Source: an uncultured Actinomycetes bacterium (lineage in GTDB: Bacteria; Actinomycetota; Acidimicrobiia; Acidimicrobiales; CAVTQP01). Taken from it: DNA of 64,000 nt. Positions 18,234 through 28,177 of this stretch are shown piece after piece. A program made the translations under genes and the position numbers. Under the pieces are notes generated by a model. The model was given only the letters and a program-made list of their open reading frames with translations. It did no database searches and was not told the origin of the DNA. Location of the stretch: NCBI GenBank assembly GCA_963736925.1, contig CAVTQP010000001.1, positions 134,159 to 198,158 of the forward strand, given 5' to 3'. Each line of letters starts with the position of its first letter. The stretch's first letter is position 1.

Positions 18234-18614
18234 ATGGACATCGAGGAGTTCTACGACGCGGACCCTCGCCGCCGGGAGTCGGCGGAGATCGAGTTCGGCG
18301 CAGACTGGCATGATGCTGCGGGTGTGCGATACGAGCTGAACTGGATCGAGGACACCGGAGAGCTCTACGTGATGCGTGAGCCCACGGAACAGGTAGCAGA
18401 AGATCCCTTCGGCGATTTCTTCCTGACTCGCGTGCCGGCGAGCGGCCTGGTGGTCAGGGTTCTCACCCGGCTATCCGATCGTGCTCATGTCGAACAGATC
18501 CTCGACGGTTGGAGGAAGGCCATAGCCGGGCCCGACAGCACCTCATGGGTCGTCGGTCGTCTCAAGGCTGCCGGTGTGGGTCCGGACGAGGGCTCCGACC
18601 CTGATGGTGCTTAG
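18234..18614 (+). CDS. hypothetical protein
   Basis: 126-aa ORF with coding-like composition. It is convergent with the P450 gene. No motif was recognised. Confidence 0.5.
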   Translation: MDIEEFYDADPRRRESAEIEFGADWHDAAGVRYELNWIEDTGELYVMREPTEQVAEDPFGDFFLTRVPASGLVVRVLTRLSDRAHVEQILDGWRKAIAGPDSTSWVVGRLKAAGVGPDEGSDPDGA

Positions 18615-19840
18615 CCGACTGTAAGGCTGAGAGACTTGAGCCCTCGTAAAACGAGGTTCTCCTTGTAGGCAGGCTCATCCACTGTCAGCGAGAGACGGCA
18701 TGACCTCTCAGCGATCGAGCCGATGACGATCTGAGCCTCCAGGCGAGCGAGCGGCGCTCCCAAGCAGAAGTGCGACCCGAGCCCGAAGGCCAGATGCCGA
18801 TTGTCGTGGCGCGTCAGATCCAGCCTGTCTGGGTCGTCGAACATCGCCGCGTCGTGGTTGGCTGACGCAAGAAGCAGGACCACGTTCTCGCCTCCGCTCA
18901 CGGTCAGGTCCCCGAGCTTGAAGTCCTCGAGCGCCACTCGGACCGTCAACTGTACGGGTGAATCCCAGCGGAGCAGCTCCTCCACGGCGTTTCGGATCAT
19001 GCCTGGCTCCTCGCGGAGCCTGGCGAACTCCCGAGGGTTGTGCAGCAAGGCCAAGAGGCCGTTTCCGATCAAGTTGACGGTGGTCTCGTGTCCAGCCACC
19101 AGCAGGAGAACCGACGTCGCCAGCAACTCGTCCTCGCTGAGCATGTCGCCTTCCTCCTCAACCGCAACGAGGCGGCTGAGCAGATCGTCTCGTGGCTGCC
19201 GTCTTCGCTCAGCTATGAGCACCGAGAAATACTCGGCGTAAGCAGCGATCGCGTCGTCCCGTTGCCTGATCTCTTGGGGGGATAACAGGAACTCCGGGTC
19301 CAGGCCCCTTGCAAGGGCCGAGGACCATGACTTGAACGTCTCACGGTCCTCGGCCGGCACCCCGAGCAGGTCACTGATCACCCGCACCGGTATCGGGTAG
19401 GCAAGATCGGCGATCAGCTCGAATCCGCCCCGTCCGATCACCTCGTCCAGCTGGTTGTCGACCAGTTCCTGGACTCGGGGCCTCAGCTCCTCGACCACGC
19501 GAGCAGTGAACGCCTTGGCCACGAGGCCCCGCAACCTGGTGTGGTCGGGAGGATCCATGAACAGGAACGGCCGGGCTGGGATCACCTGCCGTGGAGGTCC
19601 CTGAGTCGCGACGACCTGTTGGTACAGGTTCGATTTTGTCTCATCGCTGCTCATGCGCCGGTCTCGGAGCGCGGCGACGCAATCGGCGTGGCGGCTCAAC
19701 ACCCAACCGCCCATGGCTGTCGGCTGCCTTGGGTCTTCCTCTCGCAATCGTTTGTAGAGAGGGTACGGATCGGCTCGGAACGCCGGGTCCAACGGGTTCC
19801 ATACGGGCTTGTCCGAAAAGATCGCAGGTTCGGCCGTCAC
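18611..19840 (-). CDS. cytochrome P450
   Basis: It has the heme-thiolate loop FGLGSHFCLGAPLARLE, the ExxR motif in EELLRWDSP and the I-helix LLLVAGHETT. Its GTG start overlaps the coupling-protein stop (GTGA). Confidence 0.95.
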   Translation of the reverse strand: MTAEPAIFSDKPVWNPLDPAFRADPYPLYKRLREEDPRQPTAMGGWVLSRHADCVAALRDRRMSSDETKSNLYQQVVATQGPPRQVIPARPFLFMDPPDHTRLRGLVAKAFTARVVEELRPRVQELVDNQLDEVIGRGGFELIADLAYPIPVRVISDLLGVPAEDRETFKSWSSALARGLDPEFLLSPQEIRQRDDAIAAYAEYFSVLIAERRRQPRDDLLSRLVAVEEEGDMLSEDELLATSVLLLVAGHETTVNLIGNGLLALLHNPREFARLREEPGMIRNAVEELLRWDSPVQLTVRVALEDFKLGDLTVSGGENVVLLLASANHDAAMFDDPDRLDLTRHDNRHLAFGLGSHFCLGAPLARLEAQIVIGSIAERSCRLSLTVDEPAYKENLVLRGLKSLSLTVG

Positions 19841-21648
19841 GGATCGACGCTAGCACCCATGCCTGGTTGGCGATCCTCCACCGAGGGTGCAGGAGGGCTC
19901 GCACATGCACGCCGGCACAGCTCCCGGTCCGCGAACCACGGTCGCAGCGTCAGCCGGGCAGGCGGCAGGTGCCCGTATATCAAGACTCCCTCGCCGGGGC
20001 GCATGCGCCTGAGCAGGTCCGCTGGAGCCAACCGCCGTGAGGCGAGGGACTCGGTGGTGGAGCGACCCCCGTGGATATCGGTCGTTGTCGAAGCAACAGG
20101 CAGCTCCTCCTCACCCACCAGCGCGCTCACATGGTCGAGCGTGATGGGATCCGAGATGCCGGAGAGAACCACCTTGGAACGGTGGTTGTTCACGACAGTC
20201 GCCGACCGCGTGCCGTATCGGGCCGATATCTGCGCCATGTCCTGCCAGACGGTAACCAGCTGAACACCGTGGCCAGCAGCCGTGGCCGCGATGCTGTCCA
20301 GATCACCAAGGGGGGCGATGTTGGCCGCTTCGTCAAGCACCACGAGCAAGGGCGGCCTCAGTGGATGACCGTCGCGGGTCACACGTGCATAGGCGGCGCT
20401 CATCACTTCCGAGACGAGAGCCGAGAACACAGATTGCAGGCGCCGTTGCTCATGTGAGGGAGCGCACAAGTACAGCGTGTTCGGTCCGCCGTCCAGCAGA
20501 GTCTCCGCATTGATCTCGCTCCTGGATGAAGCGGCCACACTAGGGTCCGCGAAGGCTTCTAGAACGGTCTCGGCCGTCGTGTACACCGAGCTTCGTTGTC
20601 TCTCCTCCCGACGCCAGGTCGCAACCGCTGCCTGAAGCGCCTCGGTGACCCCGAGGTGCTCCAGGATCGTCGACACCTCGCCGACCTCTTGTGTGTCGAC
20701 CCACGCGACAACGTCAGACATCTCCCGCCCGGTGGACGCAGCCGCGAACAGGAGCGGCGCGAGGAGCTTTGCGGCAGTGGCGTGCCAGAAGTCGCCGTCC
20801 GCCAAACCATCCTGGTTGGCCCTGGTCGTCCCGCACAGCGCTGAGGCCACCCGCCGAGCCCCGGCCCAGGTACCAGCGTCCTCCAGGGGAGACCATCCCG
20901 ACGACGGGAGACCGGTGCAGGCGGTGGGGTCGTACAACCACGTCTCGCCACCAGTCCTTCGCCAGTCGATGGTGCTGCGGAGCAGATCACCCTTCACGCT
21001 CGCCGCAAGGACGGGACCGGTCCATTCGAGTATGGCGGGAACGGCGAACCCGGTGGTCTTGTGACTCTGCGTCGGCCCCATGACTATCACCGACTGGCTG
21101 ACCTCGCCGGCCAGCAACAGACGTCCAGACCTTCCGAGGGTCAGCCGGCCGCTACAGGGCCGGGCAACCAAGAGTGGCTTGAGCTCAGCTTTCTCGGCCC
21201 ACTGGGCGCCTCTCGTGGCAGAACGACTCCTTTTCAGCCCGATCCCGCTCCGGCGCCAATCCCTCCTGCGCAGGGAGGCCCCAGACAACCGCCGGCCGCG
21301 CCAGCCGAGGCTTGGCGTCCGCGGCCTCGAGGTCATAAGCCCCAAGGCGCCTGCCAAGACGATGAGCCCGTAGGCGAACAGGAGCTCCGCGACCAGGGTG
21401 GCTGCGAGCAGCAAATAGAAATACGCGGGACCGGGCACCAGTGCCTGGCTCGGACGGGGAAACGCCAGTCGAGGCGCTTCCGGGTGCTGCACCAGCTTGA
21501 CCACGACGAGTCCGGCTTGGCTTGGCGACAACCGAAGCCATCTTGAATGCTCCAGCCGGCTGCCGACCTGAGCGGTCAACCACAGGGTCAATGCGATGCC
21601 GATGAACAAGATCCCGGCCAACTCTCCGGCCCCAATGCCATTCTTCAT
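19837..21648 (-). CDS. type IV coupling protein (TraG/TraD/VirD4 family)
   Basis: It has the Walker A motif VMGPTQSHKTTG, the Walker B motif LLVVLDEAANI and N-terminal TM helices. The start is set at MKNGIGAGEL (ATG 21648); the 179-aa upstream extension of the 782-aa ORF overlaps the preceding gene and looks non-coding. Confidence 0.85.
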   Translation of the reverse strand: MKNGIGAGELAGILFIGIALTLWLTAQVGSRLEHSRWLRLSPSQAGLVVVKLVQHPEAPRLAFPRPSQALVPGPAYFYLLLAATLVAELLFAYGLIVLAGALGLMTSRPRTPSLGWRGRRLSGASLRRRDWRRSGIGLKRSRSATRGAQWAEKAELKPLLVARPCSGRLTLGRSGRLLLAGEVSQSVIVMGPTQSHKTTGFAVPAILEWTGPVLAASVKGDLLRSTIDWRRTGGETWLYDPTACTGLPSSGWSPLEDAGTWAGARRVASALCGTTRANQDGLADGDFWHATAAKLLAPLLFAAASTGREMSDVVAWVDTQEVGEVSTILEHLGVTEALQAAVATWRREERQRSSVYTTAETVLEAFADPSVAASSRSEINAETLLDGGPNTLYLCAPSHEQRRLQSVFSALVSEVMSAAYARVTRDGHPLRPPLLVVLDEAANIAPLGDLDSIAATAAGHGVQLVTVWQDMAQISARYGTRSATVVNNHRSKVVLSGISDPITLDHVSALVGEEELPVASTTTDIHGGRSTTESLASRRLAPADLLRRMRPGEGVLIYGHLPPARLTLRPWFADRELCRRACASPPAPSVEDRQPGMGASVDP

Positions 21649-21692
21649 CCGATCTTGACCGAGCGAACGCGACGAGTGTCCCGCAGCGTTTC

Positions 21693-22800
21693 TCACCCGG
21701 GCACCGAGGCCGGTGACCCGCGGCCCCGAGAGGCCATTCGGGAATCGGTGTCGACCATCGCCCGCTCGGTCGAGGCGAGCCGGTGCTCCACGAGAAACGA
21801 GCGCTGGCCCACCTTCCACAGGGCGACGCCACGTGACAGGAGGGGCAAGAGGCGGGCTTCGGTGTCGGTCAGCCCCAAACACTCCCGTGCAGCCTCCACC
21901 TCTCCGTGAGGCTGTCCATAGATCACGCGGGTCTCGGAGTCCGACAGCAGTCCCTGAGCCAGGCTGACCTGCTCGGAACCGGCGCCACCCGCAGACGCAA
22001 GATCGCTCAGGCGGTGCAGCACGGCCACATTCGCCACGCCGTAGGAGCGTGAGAGCTTCCAGGACGCCCGAAGCCATCTGGCGACGCCAAGGTTGGCCAG
22101 GATCGCCCACGCCTCGTCCACCACCAAGATGCGCCGGTGACTCCCTCCGCGCTCGAGAGCGGCCTGGAGCCATGCCGTGGCACACGCCATCAGCACTCCG
22201 AGAGCTTGAGACCCGTACACCGAGGACAGGTCGAGAACGACAAGCGATGCGTCGAGATCCAGCCCCGGCGTGGTACGCCCGTCGAACATCCCTCGCAGGT
22301 CTCCTGCGACAAGGCGTCGGAGCTCGAGAGCGACATCCCTGCCGTCAGCCAGGAGCGATTCGGGGTCGGTGCGAACTTCTCGTGCCGCCTCCTCTGAGGG
22401 CTCCAACATGGCCTCCACCACGTCGGGGATCGTGGGGACTGCGTCCAAGTGTTCGCCGGCCCGCTTCGCCAGGCTGGCTACGGCTAATTCCGCCGCTGTC
22501 CGCTCTCTTGGAAGTAATGGACGTCCGAGGCAGGCAGTGGCAAGAGCTGCAAGCAGCTCCGCCTGGCGACGGGCTGCTTCCTCGCCATGGAGCTTCCCCG
22601 GGTCGAGAGGATTGAGCTTGACGCTCCCACCCGGTCGGAGGCACACAGGGTCGACTCCCCATGCAGAGGCCAGCGACGCGTACTCGCCCTTGGGGTCGAC
22701 CACCCATGCCTGCTTGCCGAAGGCGGACTGTCGCCAGAGGTAGGTCTTGACGAATGAGCTCTTTCCCCTGCCGATCTGGCCGAGCACCACCATGTTCGGG
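21693..22800 (-). pseudogene. T4SS VirB4/TraC-like ATPase, C-terminal fragment (gene split by the insertion at 22801)
   Basis: It reads ..PNMVVLGQIGRGKSSFVKT (Walker A) and ILVVDEAWAIL (Walker B). The reading frame continues seamlessly from 41265 once the element and one repeat copy are removed. Confidence 0.85.
22785..22800. repeat. target-site duplication, left copy (CACCACCATGTTCGGG)
   Basis: It is an exact 16/16 match to 41249-41264 and abuts the left TIR. The bases flanking the repeat differ on both sides, so its length is exactly 16 bp. Confidence 0.9.
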
Positions 22801-23256
22801 GGCCAAGAGGAAAGAGGGGTGCAGAAATGCGGGTCTACCGTCTAAAACCCCTGCTCACGGCCCATTTCCGCCCACGCCGACCTGACGCCCCGTCAGATCC
22901 GCTGTCGGAAGGGCCCCCGCAGGGACTACGCCCCACCCTACCAGCCAAAACCCCCCTCTCCGCTCCCAGCTGGCCCCCTCAGGCTGGCTCAGGCCCCCCA
23001 TGTCGTCCTGTCGTCCCTCAGGGGCTCCCGTAGCGCCCCGTGGAGGCCGGTGGTAGGCCAGCTCCCCTCAGGCCCTCTGACGGCCCCTGAGCCGCCCCTC
23101 GGGAGGCCGTCTAGGCCAGGAGGGAGCCTGGCGGAGGTGCCGTCCACCGCCAGGTCGTCAGTCGGCCTCGATGTGTTCCCGGGTCAGGCGTTCGCCGCCC
23201 GTCGAAGGATGAGCCTTCAGTCAGCTGTTCGAGGCCGGGGTGCCGTCGGAGCGGTA
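22801..23256. repeat. left terminal inverted repeat (456 bp)
   Basis: It equals the reverse complement of 40793-41248. In my hand alignment the differences are one substitution (position 16) and two compensating single-base indels. It contains three CCCTCAGG copies at 22976, 23025 and 23065. Confidence 0.9.
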
Positions 23257-23408
23257 GCCGGCCCAATACCGCCCTGCTTGGGCGAAAATCGAGGTGCCGA
23301 ACTTCCGCCAGCTCGCCTTGCAGCCCGGCGGCGTCGTCGTCCGAGTCCTTGCGCAGGGTGGCAAGGATCAGGTTTACGTCGGGCCTGTGACGGCCGGGGA
23401 TGCGCTAG

Positions 23409-23621
23409 CTAGTGCTGGGACGGCCGGCGGCGCAGCGACTCGGCGACCTCCCGGCCTCGCTCCGCCTGCTCTTCCCGGGCACGCCGGCGAGAGGCTTTTT
23501 CCTCTGGCGTCTCCGGATAGACGACCACGGTGGGCTTGCCGTGGCTGTCCTTGTCGAGCACTTGTCTGGTCATCCATCCTCCCTTGGCATCATCCATTCT
23601 ACGGCTTGGGGTATCAGCCAA
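23409..23621 (-). CDS. hypothetical small protein
   Basis: 70-aa ORF with a charged C-terminus. It overlaps the 3' end of the upstream GAF-like gene. Support is weak. Confidence 0.3.
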   Translation of the reverse strand: MADTPSRRMDDAKGGWMTRQVLDKDSHGKPTVVVYPETPEEKASRRRAREEQAERGREVAESLRRRPSQH

Positions 23622-24892
23622 GCCAGACCATCGGCTAGCTGGGCTAAGACCTCGACACCGCCGTCGTCGAAGAACCCGTCATCTTCCCGCCCGATGGCCG
23701 TGAGGACGCCGATCGGTGTACCCCTTGCGCCCCGAATAACCGTGGCGGCAACAGTTGCGAACATGCGATAACGCCGCTGTTGGATGGCGGTGAGACCGTG
23801 CTCAGAGCTAGAAACGCCTTCCCCGGTGACTACAAAGGTGCCATCGGGGCTTTCCCACGCCTTGCCGGTAGCGCCAGCTCCCGAGGGAAAGATGGCCGGG
23901 TCCTCGAAGCTCAGGGCAGGAGGGAATACCGGAATGAGAAACCTCTGATCGGGGGTCGGCCCGTAGACCGTTAGGTGGTACTGCTCGGGAAGGCCGCCGA
24001 TCCAAGGGACCAGCAGGCTTCGGAACTGATCGCTGATAGCGGCTCGTTGCACAGCGAGTACCGCAGAGCGCGAGTCTTGCTCGACTGCCTCGTGAAGCAA
24101 ACGGTCAGCCCTAGACGTGAGCCACACGGCACCGACAGCGATGCCTAGCCAGCCGATGAGCACGAGCGATCGGCTCCAGGCAGGCCAGTCGGCCCACGAC
24201 GGAAAGACTGCGAACACGGTGGGGACCACGACTAGCAGGACGCCGAGGAAGACGGGGATGAGGAGGCGTTGCCGACGAGGCTGGCGCCTCGGCAGGTGCG
24301 GCCTAATCACTGCCCTCCGTAGGTCCCTCCCCAGCGGTACTCCTTGGCCTCGGCTCCAGTGATGGCGCCCGCCTGCATGGCTTCTTCGTGCTCGATCACT
24401 GACCGCTGCTGGTCTTGGCGGCGTTACAGCCTGGGACGCTTGTTGAATCTCCGAGCCGCCGTTGGTGATCTCCTCGGTTGCCCGCTGCACCTGAGACACG
24501 TTGTTGTTGTCGATCCCCTGCACGCAATCCTCGGCGCCCTGCTGCCAGTCCGAGAGGCCGGTGTGCCAGTGCTCGGCCGTGGTCGGGTCGGGGATGGCCG
24601 GCAAAGCGAGGGCGGTCTGTAGGTCGTCCTGGAACTTTTGGCAATCCGAGGCAACGGCCGATACGTTTCCGCCCTGCCCGTCGGTGCTGATCTTTTGGGC
24701 GTCAGCCACGACGGTTGCGAAGATCGGCGCATTCGTCTGTGCCCATGCGCGCATGGCGTCGTAGGAGCTGGTAGTGCTCGTCGTGGGTGCCGTCGTGGTC
24801 GTCGTTGTGCGGGCGGTGGTGGGTGTGGAGCTGCCACAGGCCGCCATGGCTAGGGCCGCGAGCCCCGCTGCTGCCACTGCTGCTCTCCTCAT
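23570..24892 (-). CDS. lipoprotein module plus 2-TM/GAF-like module (one ORF, possibly two genes)
   Basis: It has the lipobox LAALAMAAC and a Thr-rich linker, then two TM helices (LLIPVFLGVLLVVVPTVFAVF and LVLIGWLGIAVGAVWL) and a C-terminal GAF-like fold. An internal GTG at 24310 sits in a GTGA junction with a short ORF in another frame. Confidence 0.55.
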   Translation of the reverse strand: MRRAAVAAAGLAALAMAACGSSTPTTARTTTTTTAPTTSTTSSYDAMRAWAQTNAPIFATVVADAQKISTDGQGGNVSAVASDCQKFQDDLQTALALPAIPDPTTAEHWHTGLSDWQQGAEDCVQGIDNNNVSQVQRATEEITNGGSEIQQASQAVTPPRPAAVSDRARRSHAGGRHHWSRGQGVPLGRDLRRAVIRPHLPRRQPRRQRLLIPVFLGVLLVVVPTVFAVFPSWADWPAWSRSLVLIGWLGIAVGAVWLTSRADRLLHEAVEQDSRSAVLAVQRAAISDQFRSLLVPWIGGLPEQYHLTVYGPTPDQRFLIPVFPPALSFEDPAIFPSGAGATGKAWESPDGTFVVTGEGVSSSEHGLTAIQQRRYRMFATVAATVIRGARGTPIGVLTAIGREDDGFFDDGGVEVLAQLADGLAWLIPQAVEWMMPREDG

Positions 24893-25175
24893 GGGTGTCC
24901 TCCCGTTTGGTGCCCGCTGCGAGGGGTTGCTGGGAATGTCGTCAGGGCTCGGCCTTTTCTTGATGCCCAGCAGGGCAGTTTCCTAGCCATCGGCCGGGCT
25001 CGATGGCGAACACCTCGGCGTAGTGAGGCATGGCCCGGTTCTAGGCCAATCTGTGACGGGGGCAATCCCAAGAACCACAACCCGAAGGGTTAGACCTGCA
25101 GTTTTGGCAAAAGCGACTACGGCTGAAACTTATTGACGCTTCAGTGCCGATTGCAATCGACCGATATATGGGAGC

Positions 25176-25643
25176 GTGACAGCTCAGCGCATGGGGCAAA
25201 GGGTGCTTTACGCCGGCACGGTCGTGTTGGCCGTTGTCCTCGGTGCGTGCACTACCTCTCCGAAGGCTACCCCCGCGTCGACGACGCCCTCCAGTGCCCC
25301 CGCTACGGCAGCTCCAGCAGCGACGAGCAAGGCGCCATCGACAACTGCTGCGCCAAAGGTCTTGCTCTCTCAGCAAGGATCGGGCACAGCGACTACTGCT
25401 GACTTCGTTGCACCGACCGATTGGAATCTGGCTTGGACCTATGACTGTTCAAACTTTGGACAGTCAGGCAACTTCACCGTGACTGTTATGAATAAGACAG
25501 GAGCCAACGCGGAGCTTTCAGACCAGCCCGTAAATCAGTTGGGAATGAGTGGTAACTCGGTCGAGCACTATCATGCCGGAGGCGACGTGTACCTGACTGT
25601 CTCCTCCGAATGCAACTGGACGATCAAGGCGACCGCCGCCTAA
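25176..25643 (+). CDS. secreted lipoprotein, unknown function
   Basis: It has the signal peptide and lipobox VVLGAC, followed by a Pro/Thr/Ala-rich linker and a beta-rich domain. Confidence 0.6.
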   Translation: MTAQRMGQRVLYAGTVVLAVVLGACTTSPKATPASTTPSSAPATAAPAATSKAPSTTAAPKVLLSQQGSGTATTADFVAPTDWNLAWTYDCSNFGQSGNFTVTVMNKTGANAELSDQPVNQLGMSGNSVEHYHAGGDVYLTVSSECNWTIKATAA

Positions 25644-25707
25644 CAAAGGATCAACGGAGCGCGGCCGGTTCTTTAGCACCGTAGCTCCTGTGTGTGATCC
25701 TGTCCCC

Positions 25708-26397
25708 ATGTGCGGCCGCTTCACAAACACCCAGTCCCGCTATGACCTGGAGAAGTATTTCCAGAACGTCGTCGAGACCGCCGGCAGGGAGCTAAAGCCG
25801 AAGTGGAACGTGGCTCCCACCCAAGACGTTTACGCGGTGACGAGCACAGAAGATGGAGAGTCGAGACGGTTAGGCACGTTCCGGTGGGGCTTGGTGCCGA
25901 GCTGGGCCAAAGACGCCGCGGTCGGCAACAAGATGATCAACGCCCGAGCCGAGACCGTCTCCACCAAGCCGGCGTATCGCAGGGCGATTGTCACGAGGCG
26001 CTGTCTCATCCCCGCCGATGGGTTCTACGAATGGAAGCGGGCAGCAGGCGCCAGGAAGACAAAGCAGCCCTTCTATATCCACACTGCCGATGGCTCTCCG
26101 CTGGCGTTCGCCGGGCTGTGGGAGGTGTGGCAGGACCCGGAGGGTGATCCGCTCTACTCGTGCTCAATCGTCACAACCGGAGCCAACAAGGCCATGAGCA
26201 AGGTCCACAACCGCATGCCCGTCATCGTCCAACCTGACGACTGGGACGAATGGCTGGCTCCCGAGAAGTTGCGCGACAAGGAGCTGAAGCGACTCCTCTC
26301 AGCGGCTCCCGAGGACCTGTTGGTGCTCGACCCGATCAGCAACAGGGTGAACAACCCGAGGAATGACGGACCCGAGTTGGTCGAGGTGGAGCGCTAG
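25708..26397 (+). CDS. SOS-response-associated peptidase (SRAP/YedK/HMCES family, abasic-site sensor)
   Basis: MCGRF has the N-terminal catalytic Cys2. Further motifs are WNVAPTQ, RWGLVPSWAKD, NARAETV and LIPADGFYEW. The start is set at ATG 25708. Confidence 0.9.
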   Translation: MCGRFTNTQSRYDLEKYFQNVVETAGRELKPKWNVAPTQDVYAVTSTEDGESRRLGTFRWGLVPSWAKDAAVGNKMINARAETVSTKPAYRRAIVTRRCLIPADGFYEWKRAAGARKTKQPFYIHTADGSPLAFAGLWEVWQDPEGDPLYSCSIVTTGANKAMSKVHNRMPVIVQPDDWDEWLAPEKLRDKELKRLLSAAPEDLLVLDPISNRVNNPRNDGPELVEVER

Positions 26398-27086
26398 CGG
26401 AAAGTTGCCCGTGAGGCGACGTTGTCGGCGATTTCGCTTACGAGCTCATTGGGTATGCCTGCGGTCGAGAACACACCGATTCCGACCTCCATTGGGCCAT
26501 TGATGAAATCCACGTAGTCAGAGAAGTACGTGGTGCCATCGTTACACACGATGTTGGAACGAAGACCGAACGTCGGGTTGCCTTCAGCTGAATCAGAGAA
26601 GCGTGAGAAGTCGATGTGGCCGCCTTGGGCGCAGTTGCTCACGATAGCCGGCCCCCAGTTTGCCTTCTGGCAATCCTCGTACCGTGGTGCGAGATAGCCA
26701 GCAAAGTCTTGGCGGGCGAAGGATTCGGACGACCACACGGAAGTTATTGAAGAAGCGAACATCTTGTTGTTGCCTTGAGCCTGGTAGGTCGGTGAGGTGA
26801 CCGATGCCAACGGATTCGGAATGGTTATGCCGAGGCATTGGTTGACGTTTGGTCCGGGCGCCACCGGCGGGTTCGATGCCGTTTGGATTTGCCATGGCCC
26901 GGGCAGATCCGAGAGTCGCAGGCTGACCTGACGAGCTGCCTTATATGCCTTCGGCTCACTCGAAGTGATGCTGCTCCTCTTTACAGATGTCAAGGTCGTT
27001 CCAGACGATCCGGATGAGCTGGTCACCCCACATGCCGCGAGCGCCAAGGACAAGAGCATTAGCAGGAGCGCCGATTTCCTTCCCAT
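26394..27086 (-). CDS. secreted lipoprotein, unknown function
   Basis: It has the lipobox LSLALAAC and a Ser/Gly/Thr linker. The ORF is 230 aa. Confidence 0.6.
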   Translation of the reverse strand: MGRKSALLLMLLSLALAACGVTSSSGSSGTTLTSVKRSSITSSEPKAYKAARQVSLRLSDLPGPWQIQTASNPPVAPGPNVNQCLGITIPNPLASVTSPTYQAQGNNKMFASSITSVWSSESFARQDFAGYLAPRYEDCQKANWGPAIVSNCAQGGHIDFSRFSDSAEGNPTFGLRSNIVCNDGTTYFSDYVDFINGPMEVGIGVFSTAGIPNELVSEIADNVASRATFR

Positions 27087-27465
27087 TCCTCGTCATGTCG
27101 GCAGGATGCGAGTGGAACATAAGAGGCCGAAGAGGCCGCTGGTCGCGTTATCTAGCTGCCGGCTTCGTCGTAGGCCGGATCGCGGGCGTGGGCGATCCTG
27201 TCGAACTCGGTGTTCGACAACCTCCTCCTTGGGGGGGTCCCAGGCGAACAGGTGGGCGTGCTCGACCGCCTCCCACCTCGCATCGTCCACGTCGAGCGCC
27301 CAGGCACGACCGGTCAGCCGATGCAGTGTCTCGGCGAGGCCCGCTGGCGAGGCCGCTTCACGTCACCGGGCAGCGCGACTCCCTTCGGAGCAGCCTCAGC
27401 GCTCCGAGCGGTGAGTTACCACGTCGACTGGTGGTAGCCGGCTAGGACGCGTCAGCGTCCAGCGA

Positions 27466-28177
27466 GTGGGAGCGGGCAATCTGATTGCCTCTGGGCGGGA
27501 CGCAGATATCTTCGAGTACGGACCGGGGCTCGTACTGCGCAAAACTCGTGATGGGCGGTCCATCGAGACTGAGGCCCGTGTCATCGACTACGCCGAGCGC
27601 GCGGCTACCCGGTTCCCGCGATACACGAAGTGCGCGCTGGTGGTGCTGAGATCGTGATGGAACAGGTCGATGGCGCCGTGATGATGGAGCCGATGGCGAA
27701 GCAGCCATGGACAATGCCGCGGTATGTTTCGATGCTCGCGGACTTGCACGACCAGCTACACGACATCGCCGCGCCTGACTCGGCTCCCACAGTTGCCAGG
27801 CGGCGGCGACCGACTCGTCCACCTCGACCTTCATCCATTGAATGTTTTACTGTCGTCACGGGGACCGTCGTCATCGACTGGACCAACGCGGCACGCGGTG
27901 CGGGGCTGACCGACGTCGCTCTCACCTACGTCTTGCTCACCTGTCCAGGATGCCAGCGTCGCCGATCGTGCAGGTACTCGCGAAACCCGGCCGATGGTAC
28001 CTCGCACGAGCGTTCGCCAGCCGCTACCGCGGTACGGCCTTCGACGCTCACCTGGCTGAGGCAGCCGAGCTCAAAGCGCTCGACTCCAACATGGACGCCG
28101 AGGAGGTGAGAGCCTGCCATCGGCTGGCAGCGCACGCTCGGCAACAGGCGTCAAGGAAAAAGGACGTGCCAGCCTGA
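27466..28177 (+). pseudogene. aminoglycoside/choline-kinase-type phosphotransferase (APH fold), frameshifted
   Basis: The kinase-fold pieces are spread over four ORFs and all three frames. They are GRDADIFEYGPGLVLRK, VMEQVDG, LVHLDLHPLNVLL (catalytic loop) and VVIDWTNAARG. Confidence 0.7.

Noticed and set aside
21649-22185. 179-aa N-terminal extension of the 782-aa coupling-protein ORF
   Set aside because: It overlaps the 3' half of the upstream ATPase gene in another frame and is Arg/Gly/Pro-rich. A good Met (MKNGIGAGEL) precedes the first TM helix.
22827-23412. ORFs MRVYRLKPLLTAHF.. (22827-23033) and MVGQLPSGPLTAPEPP.. (23050-23412), with mirror-image copies at 40993-41223 and 40619-40999
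   Set aside because: They lie wholly within the terminal inverted repeats. The two copies differ by frame-shifting indels, and their composition is Pro/Gly/Arg-rich as expected for random GC-rich frames. I treat them as non-coding TIR sequence.
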